Below are positions 24,561 to 34,894 of a DNA stretch of 36,042 nt, piece by piece (the stretch's first letter is position 1; each line of letters starts with the position of its first letter). The DNA comes from a virus: the UHGV virus genome UHGV-0206538; one strand, 5' to 3'. Below the pieces are notes generated by a model. That model saw only the letters and a list, made by a program, of their open reading frames with translations, did no database searches and was not told the DNA's origin. Position numbers and translations under genes: made by a program.

Positions 24561-24721
24561 TTGTGGACTACTGCAAGGTTCCTCCTTTTTCTTATAAATT
24601 TTGATTGTGTATTTGGTTATTTTGGTTTTTGTTGGCATTTGCAATCCTTTCGAGCAGTAGTCCTAAATTCTTGGCATCCAGAGATGGGTGCTTTTATTAT
24701 GTTTTAAAGGTGGTGAGTCGG

Positions 24722-25189
24722 ATGGCGAAAGGTAAATATCAGGAATGGCTAGAGCCGGAAGGCTTGCTAAAGATAGAGGGATGGGCGAGAGATGGTCTGA
24801 CGGACGAGCAGATTGCAGATAATATCGGGATTTCCAGAAGCACATTAAATACCTGGAAAGACAAGTATTCGGACATTTCGGACACCCTAAAAAGAGGGAA
24901 AGAGGTCGTTGATCGTCAAGTTGAGAATGCTCTGTTAAAACGTGCGCTCGGATATGAGTACACGGAAACAACCAGGGAATACATACCGGAACTTGATGAG
25001 ATGAAAACTACGAAAAAGGTCACAAAGCAAGTAGTACCAGACACAACAGCCCAGATCTTTTGGTTAAAGAACCGGAAACCGGACAAATGGAGAGATAAGC
25101 AGGAATACGAGGATAGAACAGCAATTGAAAAGCTGGATGAAATCTTGAAAGGATTGCATGACAATGCAGCTAAGCAAAAAACAGAATGA
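24722..25189 (+). CDS. terS: Terminase small subunit (start moved to ATG 24722, RBS AAAGGTGGTGA)
   Basis: …EWLEPEGLLKIEGWARDGLTDEQIADNIGISRSTLNTWKDKY… is a typical TerS HTH; overlaps the large subunit start. Confidence 0.75.
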   Translation: MAKGKYQEWLEPEGLLKIEGWARDGLTDEQIADNIGISRSTLNTWKDKYSDISDTLKRGKEVVDRQVENALLKRALGYEYTETTREYIPELDEMKTTKKVTKQVVPDTTAQIFWLKNRKPDKWRDKQEYEDRTAIEKLDEILKGLHDNAAKQKTE

Positions 25190-26492
25190 ATACATCATAA
25201 ACGCAACTCATAGATGGAATATCAAGTCCGGAGCGGTTCGTTCTGGAAAGTCTTTTGTTGATACCGCTTATATCGTCCCGAAAAGAATCCGAGAGAGAGA
25301 TGGACTCCCTGGCTTAAATGTAATCATGGGTGTCTCCAAAGAATCCATAGAGCGAAACGTACTCCAACCGATGAGGGAAATCTATACCAGTGATCTAATC
25401 GGGAACATTAACAACCGCAATGTGGCAAGAGTATGCGGAGAGGATGTCTATTGTCTCGGAGCGGAAAAGGTCAGCCAAGTCGCAAAGATACAGGGAGCAT
25501 CCATTAAGTACTGCTACGGAGATGAGATAGCAAAATGGAACAAAGAGGTGTTCCAGATGCTGAAATCCCGTCTCGATAAGACGTACTCCTGTTTTGATGG
25601 AGCTTGCAACCCAGAACATCCGACACACTGGCTCAAAGAGTTCATCGACAATGTAGAGCTGGACATCTATCTCCAAAAGTACACGATATTTGATAATCCA
25701 TTTCTGGATCCAGAATTTGTTAAGCAACTCTGCAAGGAATATGAGGGTACAATCTATTATGACCGCCTCATCCTTGGCTTATGGAAACGAGCAGATGGAG
25801 CGATTTATAAGCGGTTTGCTGACAATCCAGAAGCGTTCAAATGCGAAATCGTGGATGAGTTCTCGCAGGAATCAGAGCATAAGCAATTCCGAAAAGAGGA
25901 TATCACATCAATCGAGATTGGCTTGGACTTTGGTGGTAATCAATCTGGTCACTCATTCGTTGCCAGAGGATATACGGACAACTACAGAGACGTGATTGCT
26001 TTAAAATCCAGAAGAGTCATGGCTAAGGATGAAAACGAGGACATCGACAGTAATCGACTGAACAAGCTGTTCTGCGAGTTTGTACAAGAAGTGATAGATG
26101 ATTACTCTGTGTGCGTGAAGAGTGGAGACTATGTACAGTATTGTAACGTAGAGTCCGTATTCTGGGACAATGCAGAAACCGTCCTTGGTAATTCTATCCG
26201 CAATGCCGTGGAAAAGGAATTTCCGTGGATAGCTGTCAAACCAGCAAAGAAAAGACCTATAAACGACAGAATCAGATGCACCGTCAAGCTCATGGGGGCT
26301 GGGCGGTTTTTTATTACAAAAGACTGCGAATCTCTGCAAACTGCTTTTTCGGATGCAGTTTGGGACAAAGAAGCTGTCGGGAAAGATGAGCGTTTGGATG
26401 ACGGCAGCACTGACATTGACAGCTTGGATGCGTTCGAATACACAATCGAACGTGACATGAAATACCTAATCGAAGAGGTGGAAGATGTTTGA
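25158..26492 (+). CDS. terL: Terminase large subunit (PBSX/Terminase_6 type)
   Basis: Walker A GAVRSGKS near the N-terminus, 444 aa, followed by portal. Confidence 0.8.
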   Translation: MTMQLSKKQNEYIINATHRWNIKSGAVRSGKSFVDTAYIVPKRIRERDGLPGLNVIMGVSKESIERNVLQPMREIYTSDLIGNINNRNVARVCGEDVYCLGAEKVSQVAKIQGASIKYCYGDEIAKWNKEVFQMLKSRLDKTYSCFDGACNPEHPTHWLKEFIDNVELDIYLQKYTIFDNPFLDPEFVKQLCKEYEGTIYYDRLILGLWKRADGAIYKRFADNPEAFKCEIVDEFSQESEHKQFRKEDITSIEIGLDFGGNQSGHSFVARGYTDNYRDVIALKSRRVMAKDENEDIDSNRLNKLFCEFVQEVIDDYSVCVKSGDYVQYCNVESVFWDNAETVLGNSIRNAVEKEFPWIAVKPAKKRPINDRIRCTVKLMGAGRFFITKDCESLQTAFSDAVWDKEAVGKDERLDDGSTDIDSLDAFEYTIERDMKYLIEEVEDV

Positions 26493-27837
26493 TGGAATTA
26501 AGAAACTATGGAAAGGAATCATGAGGATGTTTGGGTACACGACATTAAAACAGATCATCGGCAAAGATATCGCACTATCCAACGACATGATAGATGCAAT
26601 CAACAGATGGAGACAGATGTTAAATGGTGATGCAGATTGGATTTCTGACAGCATTGTTTCCCTCGGGATTGAAGATGGAATCTGCCGAGAGTTTGCGGAC
26701 TGTGCACTGGTTGAAATGGAAACCAGTGTAACAAATGAACGTCTGAACAAGATTTATCAGAAGAATATCGTGAGTCTGAATGAAAACCTGCAGGAAGGGC
26801 TTGCGCTTGGGTCATTCGTTCTTAAGCCACTGGGAGAATCGGCTGCTGAATTTATTTCAGCCGACAAGATCATACCGATCAGCTTTGGGGATGATGGAAA
26901 GCCAAATGATATTGCATTTCTGACCGTAAAAAAGGTTGGGGACGCTGATTATTTCACAAGGCTTGAACGGCACTATTTCATTGACGGGAATCTGACTATA
27001 GAAAACAAGTGTTTCCACTCTCAGACAGCGAATGATATCGGTCTTCCATGCAGCCTAGAAGCGGTGGAAGAATGGGAGAATATCCTACCTGGACCGATTA
27101 CCTATCCCGGCATGAACCGTATGGACTTTGGATATTATCGCAATCCAATTAAAAATAAAATAGATGGTTCCGCCTGCGGAGTGTCGGTGTACGAGTCTGC
27201 AGTTACACTGATCCGGAAAGCGGATACACAGGGGGCAAGGCTTGACTGGGAATACGAATCGGGCGAGCGTGCTATCCATGTGGATAATAGAGCGCTTAAG
27301 CAAGACAAGGCAACCGGAAAACTTGGACTACCGAAACTTAAAAACAAACTGTACCGGGGAATGAATCTGGATGCTGGAAAGGATCAGGAACTCCTGAAAG
27401 AGTATTCCCCAGAAATGCGAGATGAAGCCTTTAAACGTGGATTGGAAGAGTATAAGCGTGAAATTGAATTTTCCGTAGGTCTTGCTTATGGAGACCTGTC
27501 AGATGCGCAGGAAGTAGCGAAAACAGCCACGGAAATTAAAGCATCAAAGAACCGGAAGTACAACCGAGTAACGGCAATCCAGAACAATCTATGTGATTGC
27601 TTGGAAGACTTCGCCGCAGGGCTTGCATTCTACAACAGCATGCTTAATTCGGGATATGAGTTCTCTTGCAAGTTTAATGACTCTATTCTGACCGATGAGG
27701 AAACAGAACGCCAGCAGGACAGGCAAGATGTGAGTATGGGCGTGATGTCGCACTTGGAATACCGCATGAAATGGTACAACGAGGATGAAGCCACAGCAAA
27801 GAAGATGTTGCCAGAGCAGAATCAAGTTATGGAGTAG
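26485..27837 (+). CDS. Portal protein (SPP1 gp6-like)
   Basis: 450 aa, directly after terL and before the Mu-F-like minor head protein. Confidence 0.7.
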   Translation: MFDGIKKLWKGIMRMFGYTTLKQIIGKDIALSNDMIDAINRWRQMLNGDADWISDSIVSLGIEDGICREFADCALVEMETSVTNERLNKIYQKNIVSLNENLQEGLALGSFVLKPLGESAAEFISADKIIPISFGDDGKPNDIAFLTVKKVGDADYFTRLERHYFIDGNLTIENKCFHSQTANDIGLPCSLEAVEEWENILPGPITYPGMNRMDFGYYRNPIKNKIDGSACGVSVYESAVTLIRKADTQGARLDWEYESGERAIHVDNRALKQDKATGKLGLPKLKNKLYRGMNLDAGKDQELLKEYSPEMRDEAFKRGLEEYKREIEFSVGLAYGDLSDAQEVAKTATEIKASKNRKYNRVTAIQNNLCDCLEDFAAGLAFYNSMLNSGYEFSCKFNDSILTDEETERQQDRQDVSMGVMSHLEYRMKWYNEDEATAKKMLPEQNQVME

Positions 27838-27846
27838 GTGATCTGA

Positions 27847-29028
27847 TTGAAAGAAGATTACAAGAAGCAGCTATCCGGTCAGATTGAAAAGCATTTTCTG
27901 GATTTGGAGCAGATGATTTTGGAGGACATTGTTCGCAGAATTAAAAAAGCCGGAAAAATCACAAGCACGGCAGACTGGCAGATTAACCGGTTGCAGATCA
28001 TCGGGTACTCTTCTGAGGACATCGAAAAGTTGGTAAAAACCACGCTGAACCTGTCATATCCGGAAGTGTTTGAACTGTATGACAAGGTTATCGATTGGGA
28101 ATATGTCCGCAACAAAGACATATACGAACAGGTCAATGCGGAATATATCCCCTACGAGGATAATAAGGAGTTGCAACAGCTTACAGACGGCTTTATCCAG
28201 CAGAGCAATGATGATCTGCGGAACGTCACAAAGTCCATGGGATTTTATGTGGATTACGGCGGCAGGCTTGTTATAACTCCATTATCCGACATCTACCAAG
28301 GATATCTTGATAAGGCTATCACAGGCGTTGTTTACGGAGCATTTGATTACAATACCATGATTCGCAAGGTGGTTACTCAGCTCACAAACAGCGGACTCAG
28401 GAGCATTGATTATGCTTCTGGGTGGCATAGCAGGGTAGACGTGGCGGCAAGTAGAGCGGTTATGACGGGAGCATCACAGCTTACTGGGAAAATCACGGAA
28501 ATGAACGCCGAGAAGTTAGGAACAGAACATTTTGAGATTGCGTGGCACGCCGGAGCGAGACCATCACACGCCGTCTGGCAAGGCAAGGTGTGGAGCAAGA
28601 AAGAACTTGTTACGGTATGCGGTCTTGGAACGGTCACTGGATTGCTTGGAGCAAACTGTTACCATGAGTATTATCCTTTTGTAAAGGGCGTGTCAGAGCG
28701 GAATTGGTCTGATTCTTGGCTTGCAGAGCAAAACCGCAAGGAAAGTATACCTAAGACATTTGACGGCAAGGAATACACCTTATACGAAGCCAGACAGCAA
28801 CAGCGTAAAATGGAAACAGCAATGAGGGCGCAGAGGGAAAAAGCTGTGCTATTAAAACAGGGTGGTGCTGACCCAGATGATGTGATGCTTGCAAAAGCAA
28901 AGTATCAAGGACAACTCGGAGAATACACCAGATTTTGTAAGAAAATGGGGCTGCATCAAGAGCGTGAGCGCATCTATTACGATATGCGCGGCAGAGTGGC
29001 ACCTGTACCAAAACGATTTAGGAGGTAG
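27847..29028 (+). CDS. Minor head / head morphogenesis protein (SPP1 gp7, Mu F-like); TTG start
   Basis: 393 aa after portal; the conserved central region typical of this family. Confidence 0.6.
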   Translation: MKEDYKKQLSGQIEKHFLDLEQMILEDIVRRIKKAGKITSTADWQINRLQIIGYSSEDIEKLVKTTLNLSYPEVFELYDKVIDWEYVRNKDIYEQVNAEYIPYEDNKELQQLTDGFIQQSNDDLRNVTKSMGFYVDYGGRLVITPLSDIYQGYLDKAITGVVYGAFDYNTMIRKVVTQLTNSGLRSIDYASGWHSRVDVAASRAVMTGASQLTGKITEMNAEKLGTEHFEIAWHAGARPSHAVWQGKVWSKKELVTVCGLGTVTGLLGANCYHEYYPFVKGVSERNWSDSWLAEQNRKESIPKTFDGKEYTLYEARQQQRKMETAMRAQREKAVLLKQGGADPDDVMLAKAKYQGQLGEYTRFCKKMGLHQERERIYYDMRGRVAPVPKRFRR

Positions 29029-29031
29029 AAA

Positions 29032-29313
29032 ATGAGTAAAGTAAAAGTAATCAGACAGCCAACAGCGGAAGCAACATTGATTTTTGAATTTGAGACAGCG
29101 TCATCAGAATTTCTGGTCAAGAATTTCACGGACGGCGATATCTACGCATCTCTGGAAAGGGACGCGACAAAAGAACAAAGTGTACTGATTCCGGCGCAGA
29201 CTGCACAGCGATTGCAGTACGGTTCTTACGGCGGTGGAAAGAGCAACCTCGTCCAAATCATCCCCACAGCAACCAGTGAAAAAGGAGTGGAAGTACAATG
29301 CTTAAAATGGTAG
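29032..29313 (+). CDS. Hypothetical protein (93 aa)
   Basis: ORF track; RBS AGGAGGTAGAAA. Confidence 0.45.
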   Translation: MSKVKVIRQPTAEATLIFEFETASSEFLVKNFTDGDIYASLERDATKEQSVLIPAQTAQRLQYGSYGGGKSNLVQIIPTATSEKGVEVQCLKW

Positions 29314-30878
29314 ATGGAACAGGAATCATAGGAGTGGATATGGTATGCCCTCTAGGAGTCTCCACTCCACAGCCACCTAATTATGACAGGGTAGAGTTAG
29401 AGGGTACAGGAATGTTGGTACTGCCGAACAGCTTGGATGCGCCGCTTGAGAGGTTGGAGCTTGGTGGAAAGACGGCAGGAAAGAAAGAAGTGATTCAAGT
29501 GGGGGAATTTGAACAAGGGACGATTACAGCTCATGCTGGCACTAACTACGATTCTAATTATCGAGTACGAACAAAAAATTATATAAATCTCACATCTGGG
29601 ACATATGAAGTCACATGCACTGGTGCGAAACTGGGGAATGCCGTTTTTTATTCAGTGGAAAACAAGTTTGAAAAAATGTTGTCCGAAACTCATATCCCAC
29701 TTCCAATCAAATTCACTTTGACAGAAAATAAATTGGTAAGAGTATTGTTTTCCAATAGCGAATCAATACCAATTGCACCTACCGATATAAAAAATGCAAT
29801 ATTGGAAGCAGATGTATCACCAGAACATCCACAAGATATTGTAAACTCTGGGAAGTGGAATGAGGAAACGCGGAAGTATGAAGTTGATGTGAAAATTACT
29901 GGGAAGAATTTGTTTGATATCGAAAAAGCGAAAGCAAGTGGTGGGAACCTTTGTACTGCAAAACGTGAGAATAATATCGTAAAAATTACAGCAATTGAAA
30001 CAGTTACTTCGAAACGTGCATATGCGATAGTATCAGGTGGTGGTATATGCTTAAAAGCCGGAAAAACTTATTTTCTAAATGGGAGAAAAGTCGGGACATC
30101 TAATATGACGCCTATGTTCGCTTTTTTTAAAGAAAAAAACATTGGAGAGCTACTAAAGATAGGTAACTTTTATACCCCAAACGAAGATATATACATTGAT
30201 ATTGGAATATATTTAGTTGGAAATGCAATTGGAACGGGTGATACGCTTGAGATAACTGACATAATTGTGTGCGAAGGGAAAGACGCTGCACAATATCAAC
30301 CATACACCGAACAAACCCTCACCCTCACATCCGACCGCCCTCTCACAAAATGGGACAGACTGGTAGAACAGGGTGGAGAGATTGGGTGGTTGTATAACAC
30401 CGATAAATATATAGTAACCGGACAAGAATCATTTGAAACTAAACCTTCGTACGTGATGGAAGAAACCGTAGATTTTGCATTTATGAATAATAAGCAAAGC
30501 GGTATCAGAAAAGCGGCAGATAATTTCTGTAACAGATTGACTTATGTAGATTCTGTTTGGAGTAAGCATGATGTAGGATTCGGAATAAGTGGAGTAGAAG
30601 TGCATATTAGGCTACCACTAGAAGCTATTGGCGCATCCAGTAGCGATGAAAGTGCTGTTATTAAAACCAAGTTTTCGGAATATTTGAAGAAGAAATATGA
30701 TGGAGGTGGTCCATTTGTATTTTATCACAAATCCAAAACCACCGAATTCATCCCCCTCCCACAATCCGAGCAGAACGCTATCCGAGCCTTAAAAACCTAC
30801 TACCCTACCACAGTCATCACAGCGGATGGCGGGGAACTTGACCCAGATATTAAAGTAACATACCGAAAGGAGATATGA
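29298..30878 (+). CDS. Large hypothetical protein (526 aa) inside the head module, with an AT-rich (~33% GC) central segment
   Basis: ORF track; no recognisable family. Composition shift at about 29640-30290 seen directly. Confidence 0.5.
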   Translation: MLKMVDGTGIIGVDMVCPLGVSTPQPPNYDRVELEGTGMLVLPNSLDAPLERLELGGKTAGKKEVIQVGEFEQGTITAHAGTNYDSNYRVRTKNYINLTSGTYEVTCTGAKLGNAVFYSVENKFEKMLSETHIPLPIKFTLTENKLVRVLFSNSESIPIAPTDIKNAILEADVSPEHPQDIVNSGKWNEETRKYEVDVKITGKNLFDIEKAKASGGNLCTAKRENNIVKITAIETVTSKRAYAIVSGGGICLKAGKTYFLNGRKVGTSNMTPMFAFFKEKNIGELLKIGNFYTPNEDIYIDIGIYLVGNAIGTGDTLEITDIIVCEGKDAAQYQPYTEQTLTLTSDRPLTKWDRLVEQGGEIGWLYNTDKYIVTGQESFETKPSYVMEETVDFAFMNNKQSGIRKAADNFCNRLTYVDSVWSKHDVGFGISGVEVHIRLPLEAIGASSSDESAVIKTKFSEYLKKKYDGGGPFVFYHKSKTTEFIPLPQSEQNAIRALKTYYPTTVITADGGELDPDIKVTYRKEI

Positions 30879-30879
30879 T

Positions 30880-31167
30880 ATGAACTACGCAAAAATCATG
30901 GAAAACGGAACTGTGAGAATCAGCTCCATCAAGAAAGAGGGCTACAAACCACTCAAGGAAGAGAAACCAGAGGGATTTAGTAACCTTGTCTTTGTCGGAT
31001 ACACAGAGACAGAAGAGAATGTAATCAAAGAATACGAAGCAGTGGATGACGGAATGAGCGCCTATGGGAAATTACAGAACGACCTGAAAGCAACACAGGC
31101 GGCACAGGAAGTCACAGATCAGGCGGTGCAGGAGTTAATTCTTGCAACAATGAAAATGGGGGTGTAA
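30880..31167 (+). CDS. Hypothetical protein (95 aa)
   Basis: ORF track; start 1 nt after previous stop. Confidence 0.45.
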   Translation: MNYAKIMENGTVRISSIKKEGYKPLKEEKPEGFSNLVFVGYTETEENVIKEYEAVDDGMSAYGKLQNDLKATQAAQEVTDQAVQELILATMKMGV

Positions 31168-31169
31168 GT

Positions 31170-31265
31170 TATGGCACAGTTTTTAGCAAACAGAATCAAA
31201 GGTGGACACTTGACAATTGATGATGTACCAGAGAGCTTAAAAGAACAGGTACAGGCGTTACTGTA
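31170..31265 (+). CDS. Small ORF (31 aa, MAQFLANRIKGGHLTIDDVPESLKEQVQALL)
   Basis: RBS GGGGTGTAAG; not in the ORF track. Confidence 0.3.
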
Positions 31266-31273
31266 AAATCGAA

Positions 31274-31330
31274 TAAGTAAGGCATTAGCACATAGAGATA
31301 TGTGTTATTTTTATGCCTTTTTGGTCAGTA
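31274..31330 (+). terminator. Compound hairpin (GGCAT…ATGCC with inner CACAT…ATGTG) followed by TTTTT
   Basis: Read directly. Confidence 0.4.
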
Positions 31331-31407
31331 GATGAGACCTTAAACAGTCAATTCGTGGTGGATGGTTACACACCTAAAAATAACCTAATGCGAAAGGAGA
31401 TCGAAAC

Positions 31408-31959
31408 ATGAAAACAGAATTTTTAAAAGGACTCGGATTGGAACAGGATGTTATTGATAAGATCATGGCAGAGAACGGGAAAGACATTGCCGCTGAAAAG
31501 GCAAAGACAACCAAAGCAGAGGGTGAGCGTGACAATTACAAGAGTCAGCTTGAGACTGCAACGGAATCTTTAGAGAAATTTAAAGATGTTGACCCAACAG
31601 CTATGCAGGGCGAGATTGATAAACTGAATCAGCAGTTGAAAGACAAAGATGCCGAGTATGCCGCAAAAGAAGCGGATCGCATCTTTTCCGACACGATCAA
31701 AGAAGCGATCAAGACAGCCGGCGGTCGCAACGAAAAAGCGGTCATGGCTATGCTTGATATGGATGCTTTGAAAGAATCGAAAAACCAGTCTGAGGACATC
31801 AAAAAAGCATTGGAAACCGTAAAGGAGTCTGATGCTTATTTATTTGGTTCTAATGAACCATTCATGAACGCAGTCGGAGCAACAGGAGGCGGTGCCGATG
31901 TTGGTGGAGATAATCTGTCAGCAATCAGAGCGGCTATGGGACTTCCGGCAGAAAAATAA
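31408..31959 (+). CDS. Capsid scaffolding protein
   Basis: 183 aa, highly charged and helical, immediately upstream of the major capsid gene. Confidence 0.65.
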   Translation: MKTEFLKGLGLEQDVIDKIMAENGKDIAAEKAKTTKAEGERDNYKSQLETATESLEKFKDVDPTAMQGEIDKLNQQLKDKDAEYAAKEADRIFSDTIKEAIKTAGGRNEKAVMAMLDMDALKESKNQSEDIKKALETVKESDAYLFGSNEPFMNAVGATGGGADVGGDNLSAIRAAMGLPAEK

Positions 31960-31986
31960 TTTTTAGAAAGAAAGAGGTAAAAAGAT

Positions 31987-32844
31987 ATGGCAAATACAAT
32001 TGCATTAAGAAAAGCATATTCTACTATGCTTGATGAGGTTTATAAACTGGCATCCCTTACAGCCGTATTAGACGGTCCAAACGAACTTGTAAAAGAGGGT
32101 GCAAACGCAAATGAAATTTTGATTCCGAAAATGACGATGTCCGGTCTTGCAAATTACAATAAGCAGACAGGATATGTTGCAGGCGACGTGACACTTGAGT
32201 ACGAGACTAAGAAATGTACTTATGATCGAGGCCGTATGTTCACCGTGGACGCTATGGACAATATCGAGTCTGCAGGTGTTGCCTTCGGACGTCTTTCCGG
32301 AGAATTTTTGAGAACACAGGTTGTTCCGGAGCTTGACGCTTGGAGACTTGCATCTTATGCAGGATACGCACCATCTACTAATAAAGTGGCAGCAGCGATT
32401 GCAGATGCGAAAGCCGGAATTGCGGCAATTAGAAAAGGCAAGACTGCTATTAAAAATGCGGAGGCAAAGCCGGAAACCTGTTATCTGTATATCTCTGCCG
32501 CACTCAAAGGGGATATTGATGACCTTGATACAACGGCATCCAAGAAAGTTCTGGAAGGCTGGGCTGGAGTGATTGAAGTTCCTGAGGGAAGATTTTTCGA
32601 CAAAGTCACGTTGACAGCATCTGGAGCCGGCGGCTTTACAACAACAGGCGGTAAGAAGATTGATTTCTTGATTGTTGACAAGAATGCAGTAATCCAGAAT
32701 CAGAAGCACACTGTATCTAAGATCATCACACCGGATCAGAACCAGGATGCAGATGCTTGGAAGTTCGGATATCGTACCGTAGGTATCGCAGAGGCGAAAG
32801 ATAATAAGAAAGTGGCTATCTATGTACATACTGCAGCGGAGTAG
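31987..32844 (+). CDS. Major capsid protein
   Basis: 285 aa after scaffold; strong RBS; position and size. Confidence 0.65.
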   Translation: MANTIALRKAYSTMLDEVYKLASLTAVLDGPNELVKEGANANEILIPKMTMSGLANYNKQTGYVAGDVTLEYETKKCTYDRGRMFTVDAMDNIESAGVAFGRLSGEFLRTQVVPELDAWRLASYAGYAPSTNKVAAAIADAKAGIAAIRKGKTAIKNAEAKPETCYLYISAALKGDIDDLDTTASKKVLEGWAGVIEVPEGRFFDKVTLTASGAGGFTTTGGKKIDFLIVDKNAVIQNQKHTVSKIITPDQNQDADAWKFGYRTVGIAEAKDNKKVAIYVHTAAE

Positions 32845-32862
32845 AAATAGGAGTTGATGTAA

Positions 32863-33243
32863 ATGAACTTGTATGCGGATTATACATTTTACGTCTCTGA
32901 ATATAGGGGAAATTTAACAGATGAAGAATTTGATAAATCTGTTATTCCAGCATCAGCCCATGTCCGGAGGATTACCTTCGGGCGCGCTGATGACAATATG
33001 GAAATGGAAGAAGTAAAGCTTGCCACCTGCTCTGTCTGTGATTTGATTGCCAATGATGAAAAGGTCAGAAGCAAGCACTCTGGACGTGCGGTCACATCCG
33101 AAAACACGGATGGATACTCTGTCAGCTACGAAAGCGGAGGAAGCGGGGGAACAGCAGATGAACTGCTTGGCAGAAAGATATTTGACACATTGGAACTCTA
33201 TCTTATGCCGACCGGACTCTTGTATATGGGGGTAGAATCATGA
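32863..33243 (+). CDS. Head-tail connector protein (gp6-like), by position
   Basis: 126 aa, first gene after the capsid. Confidence 0.4.
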   Translation: MNLYADYTFYVSEYRGNLTDEEFDKSVIPASAHVRRITFGRADDNMEMEEVKLATCSVCDLIANDEKVRSKHSGRAVTSENTDGYSVSYESGGSGGTADELLGRKIFDTLELYLMPTGLLYMGVES

Positions 33244-33575
33244 TAACCAACACAGATGCAACACTGTACAGCCGGAAATACAACTCGGAAACCAGACTGG
33301 ATGAGTGGGAGCGAACGTATATCCCAGAGGTATGGTGGTACAAAAACGAAAAGTCGCAGATCACGACAGATGGGTTAAAGCAAGCAGACACCTACACAGT
33401 CAGAATCCCGGATACGAGCGTGGAAATTAAGAAAGACGATTACCTTGTAAAAGGCGATTGCAAGGTTGACATGCAGACGATTAAGGACTTGGACGGACTG
33501 GACAAGACTAGAATTACATCTGCAAACTACAATACTTTTGGCGGCAACCCGCATATTAAGGTGGTGGGAGTGTAG
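33240..33575 (+). CDS. Head-tail joining / head closure protein, by position
   Basis: 111 aa, overlapping starts and stops. Confidence 0.35.
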   Translation: MITNTDATLYSRKYNSETRLDEWERTYIPEVWWYKNEKSQITTDGLKQADTYTVRIPDTSVEIKKDDYLVKGDCKVDMQTIKDLDGLDKTRITSANYNTFGGNPHIKVVGV

Positions 33576-33964
33576 TGGCAAAAGGAAAGAAAAAATTCCA
33601 GATTGAGACACCGAGAGGTGTAATTTATACGCAAGCAACAAAAGGCGGAAAAGTGACGGCAAGACTTGACTGGAATCCCAGCTTTAAGCCAAGTATGGAA
33701 TCCGGTTTTGCAAACGCACAGTCTTTCGTGGACTCTGAATGCATCCGGCGTATGAACCCGGAGACTCCAAGACGGACAAGAGTACTTGTTAAGTCAGCAA
33801 CCCTTGGCACCGTAATTGGAAGTGGTGAGATCAACCAGATTGCACCTTATGCACGTAGACAGTATTACGAGCACAAGGAAAAATCACGATGGTTTGAGCG
33901 CATGAAAAATCGTCACAAAGACTCTATCCTGAAAGGAGCGGCGAAGTATGTCAAATCTCATTGA
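33575..33964 (+). CDS. Minor capsid / neck protein (Minor_capsid_2-like)
   Basis: …APYARRQYYEHKEK… resembles the siphophage minor capsid family. Confidence 0.4.
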   Translation: MAKGKKKFQIETPRGVIYTQATKGGKVTARLDWNPSFKPSMESGFANAQSFVDSECIRRMNPETPRRTRVLVKSATLGTVIGSGEINQIAPYARRQYYEHKEKSRWFERMKNRHKDSILKGAAKYVKSH

Positions 33965-34367
33965 CAGCGTCAGATCATACATTCTCACATGTCCGTTTTT
34001 AAGTGATGGACGTGTAAATGTGGATTATATCGGAACGGATATGGGGTACTCTGTTGACCCTCTCCCATGCGACCCGATCATGCAGAGATACATGGACGGT
34101 GGGGCAAAGAAGCAGTTCCAATTCGCATTTACAAGCCAAGAAGAGTATGACCAAGACGCACGAATTAACATTGAAAACAGTGGATTTTTCCAGAGCTTCG
34201 AAGAGTGGTTGGAACAGCAGAGTTTCAATGACAACCTCCCAAAACTCGAAGAAAAGAAGAACCCAATATCAATCGAAACTTTAAACAGCGGTTACTTGTA
34301 CGATATCAACGAGGAAAAAGCTAAGTATCGTATTGAGTGCCGCTTAATTTATACACAGGAGGTATAA
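33948..34367 (+). CDS. Minor capsid / tail completion protein, by position
   Basis: 139 aa between neck genes and the major tail protein. Confidence 0.35.
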   Translation: MSNLIDSVRSYILTCPFLSDGRVNVDYIGTDMGYSVDPLPCDPIMQRYMDGGAKKQFQFAFTSQEEYDQDARINIENSGFFQSFEEWLEQQSFNDNLPKLEEKKNPISIETLNSGYLYDINEEKAKYRIECRLIYTQEV

Positions 34368-34369
34368 GT

Positions 34370-34894
34370 ATGTCAGGAACAGCACCAAAATTAGTAGGCA
34401 GACATTTGCGTGTGGCATTCATGAACACGGATGCAACGGGCGGCTCTCCGAAATTTGAAAGAATGACCAATTTTACCGCAATGACAAACGGGAAAAACCC
34501 GAAAGAGTATTCCAGACAGTACGTGGATGAAAGCACCGAGAGATCAGATGTAGTTGGATATGCTCCGGCTACAGAGTACTCTTTTGATATGTATGCAGGG
34601 AATCCTGTACATGAGCGCATTGCGGCAATCCATGATGGAGAGAAAGTTGCGGATGATGCACATGTGGAAGTGGTCACGGTGGATTTTTACAAAAAGAACA
34701 CGAAAGGTGATAAGTGCTACGCCACGAAAAGGACTTACGCAGTTATCCCAGATTCCGACGGAGATGGAACGGACGCATTGGTTTATAACGGATCACTGAA
34801 AGCTGTATCCGAAATCGAGGAAGGATATGTTACAGAGGTGGATATTACATCCAAGACAGTTACTTACGCCAAGGGAGATTACATGGGGGAGTAG
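34370..34894 (+). CDS. Major tail protein (start moved to ATG 34370, RBS AGGAGG)
   Basis: About 175 aa, followed by the chaperone pair and the tape measure. Confidence 0.65.
   Translation: MSGTAPKLVGRHLRVAFMNTDATGGSPKFERMTNFTAMTNGKNPKEYSRQYVDESTERSDVVGYAPATEYSFDMYAGNPVHERIAAIHDGEKVADDAHVEVVTVDFYKKNTKGDKCYATKRTYAVIPDSDGDGTDALVYNGSLKAVSEIEEGYVTEVDITSKTVTYAKGDYMGE

Noticed and set aside
24605-24721. N-terminal 39-aa extension of terS in the ORF track
   Set aside because: Hydrophobic junk upstream of a well-placed RBS (AAAGGTGGTGA) for ATG 24722; terminase small subunits start with the HTH region.
32068-32829. 253-aa minus-strand ORF inside the major capsid gene
   Set aside because: Entirely antisense to a well-supported capsid CDS with strong RBS and context; Cys-rich low-complexity translation. 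Antisense artefact.
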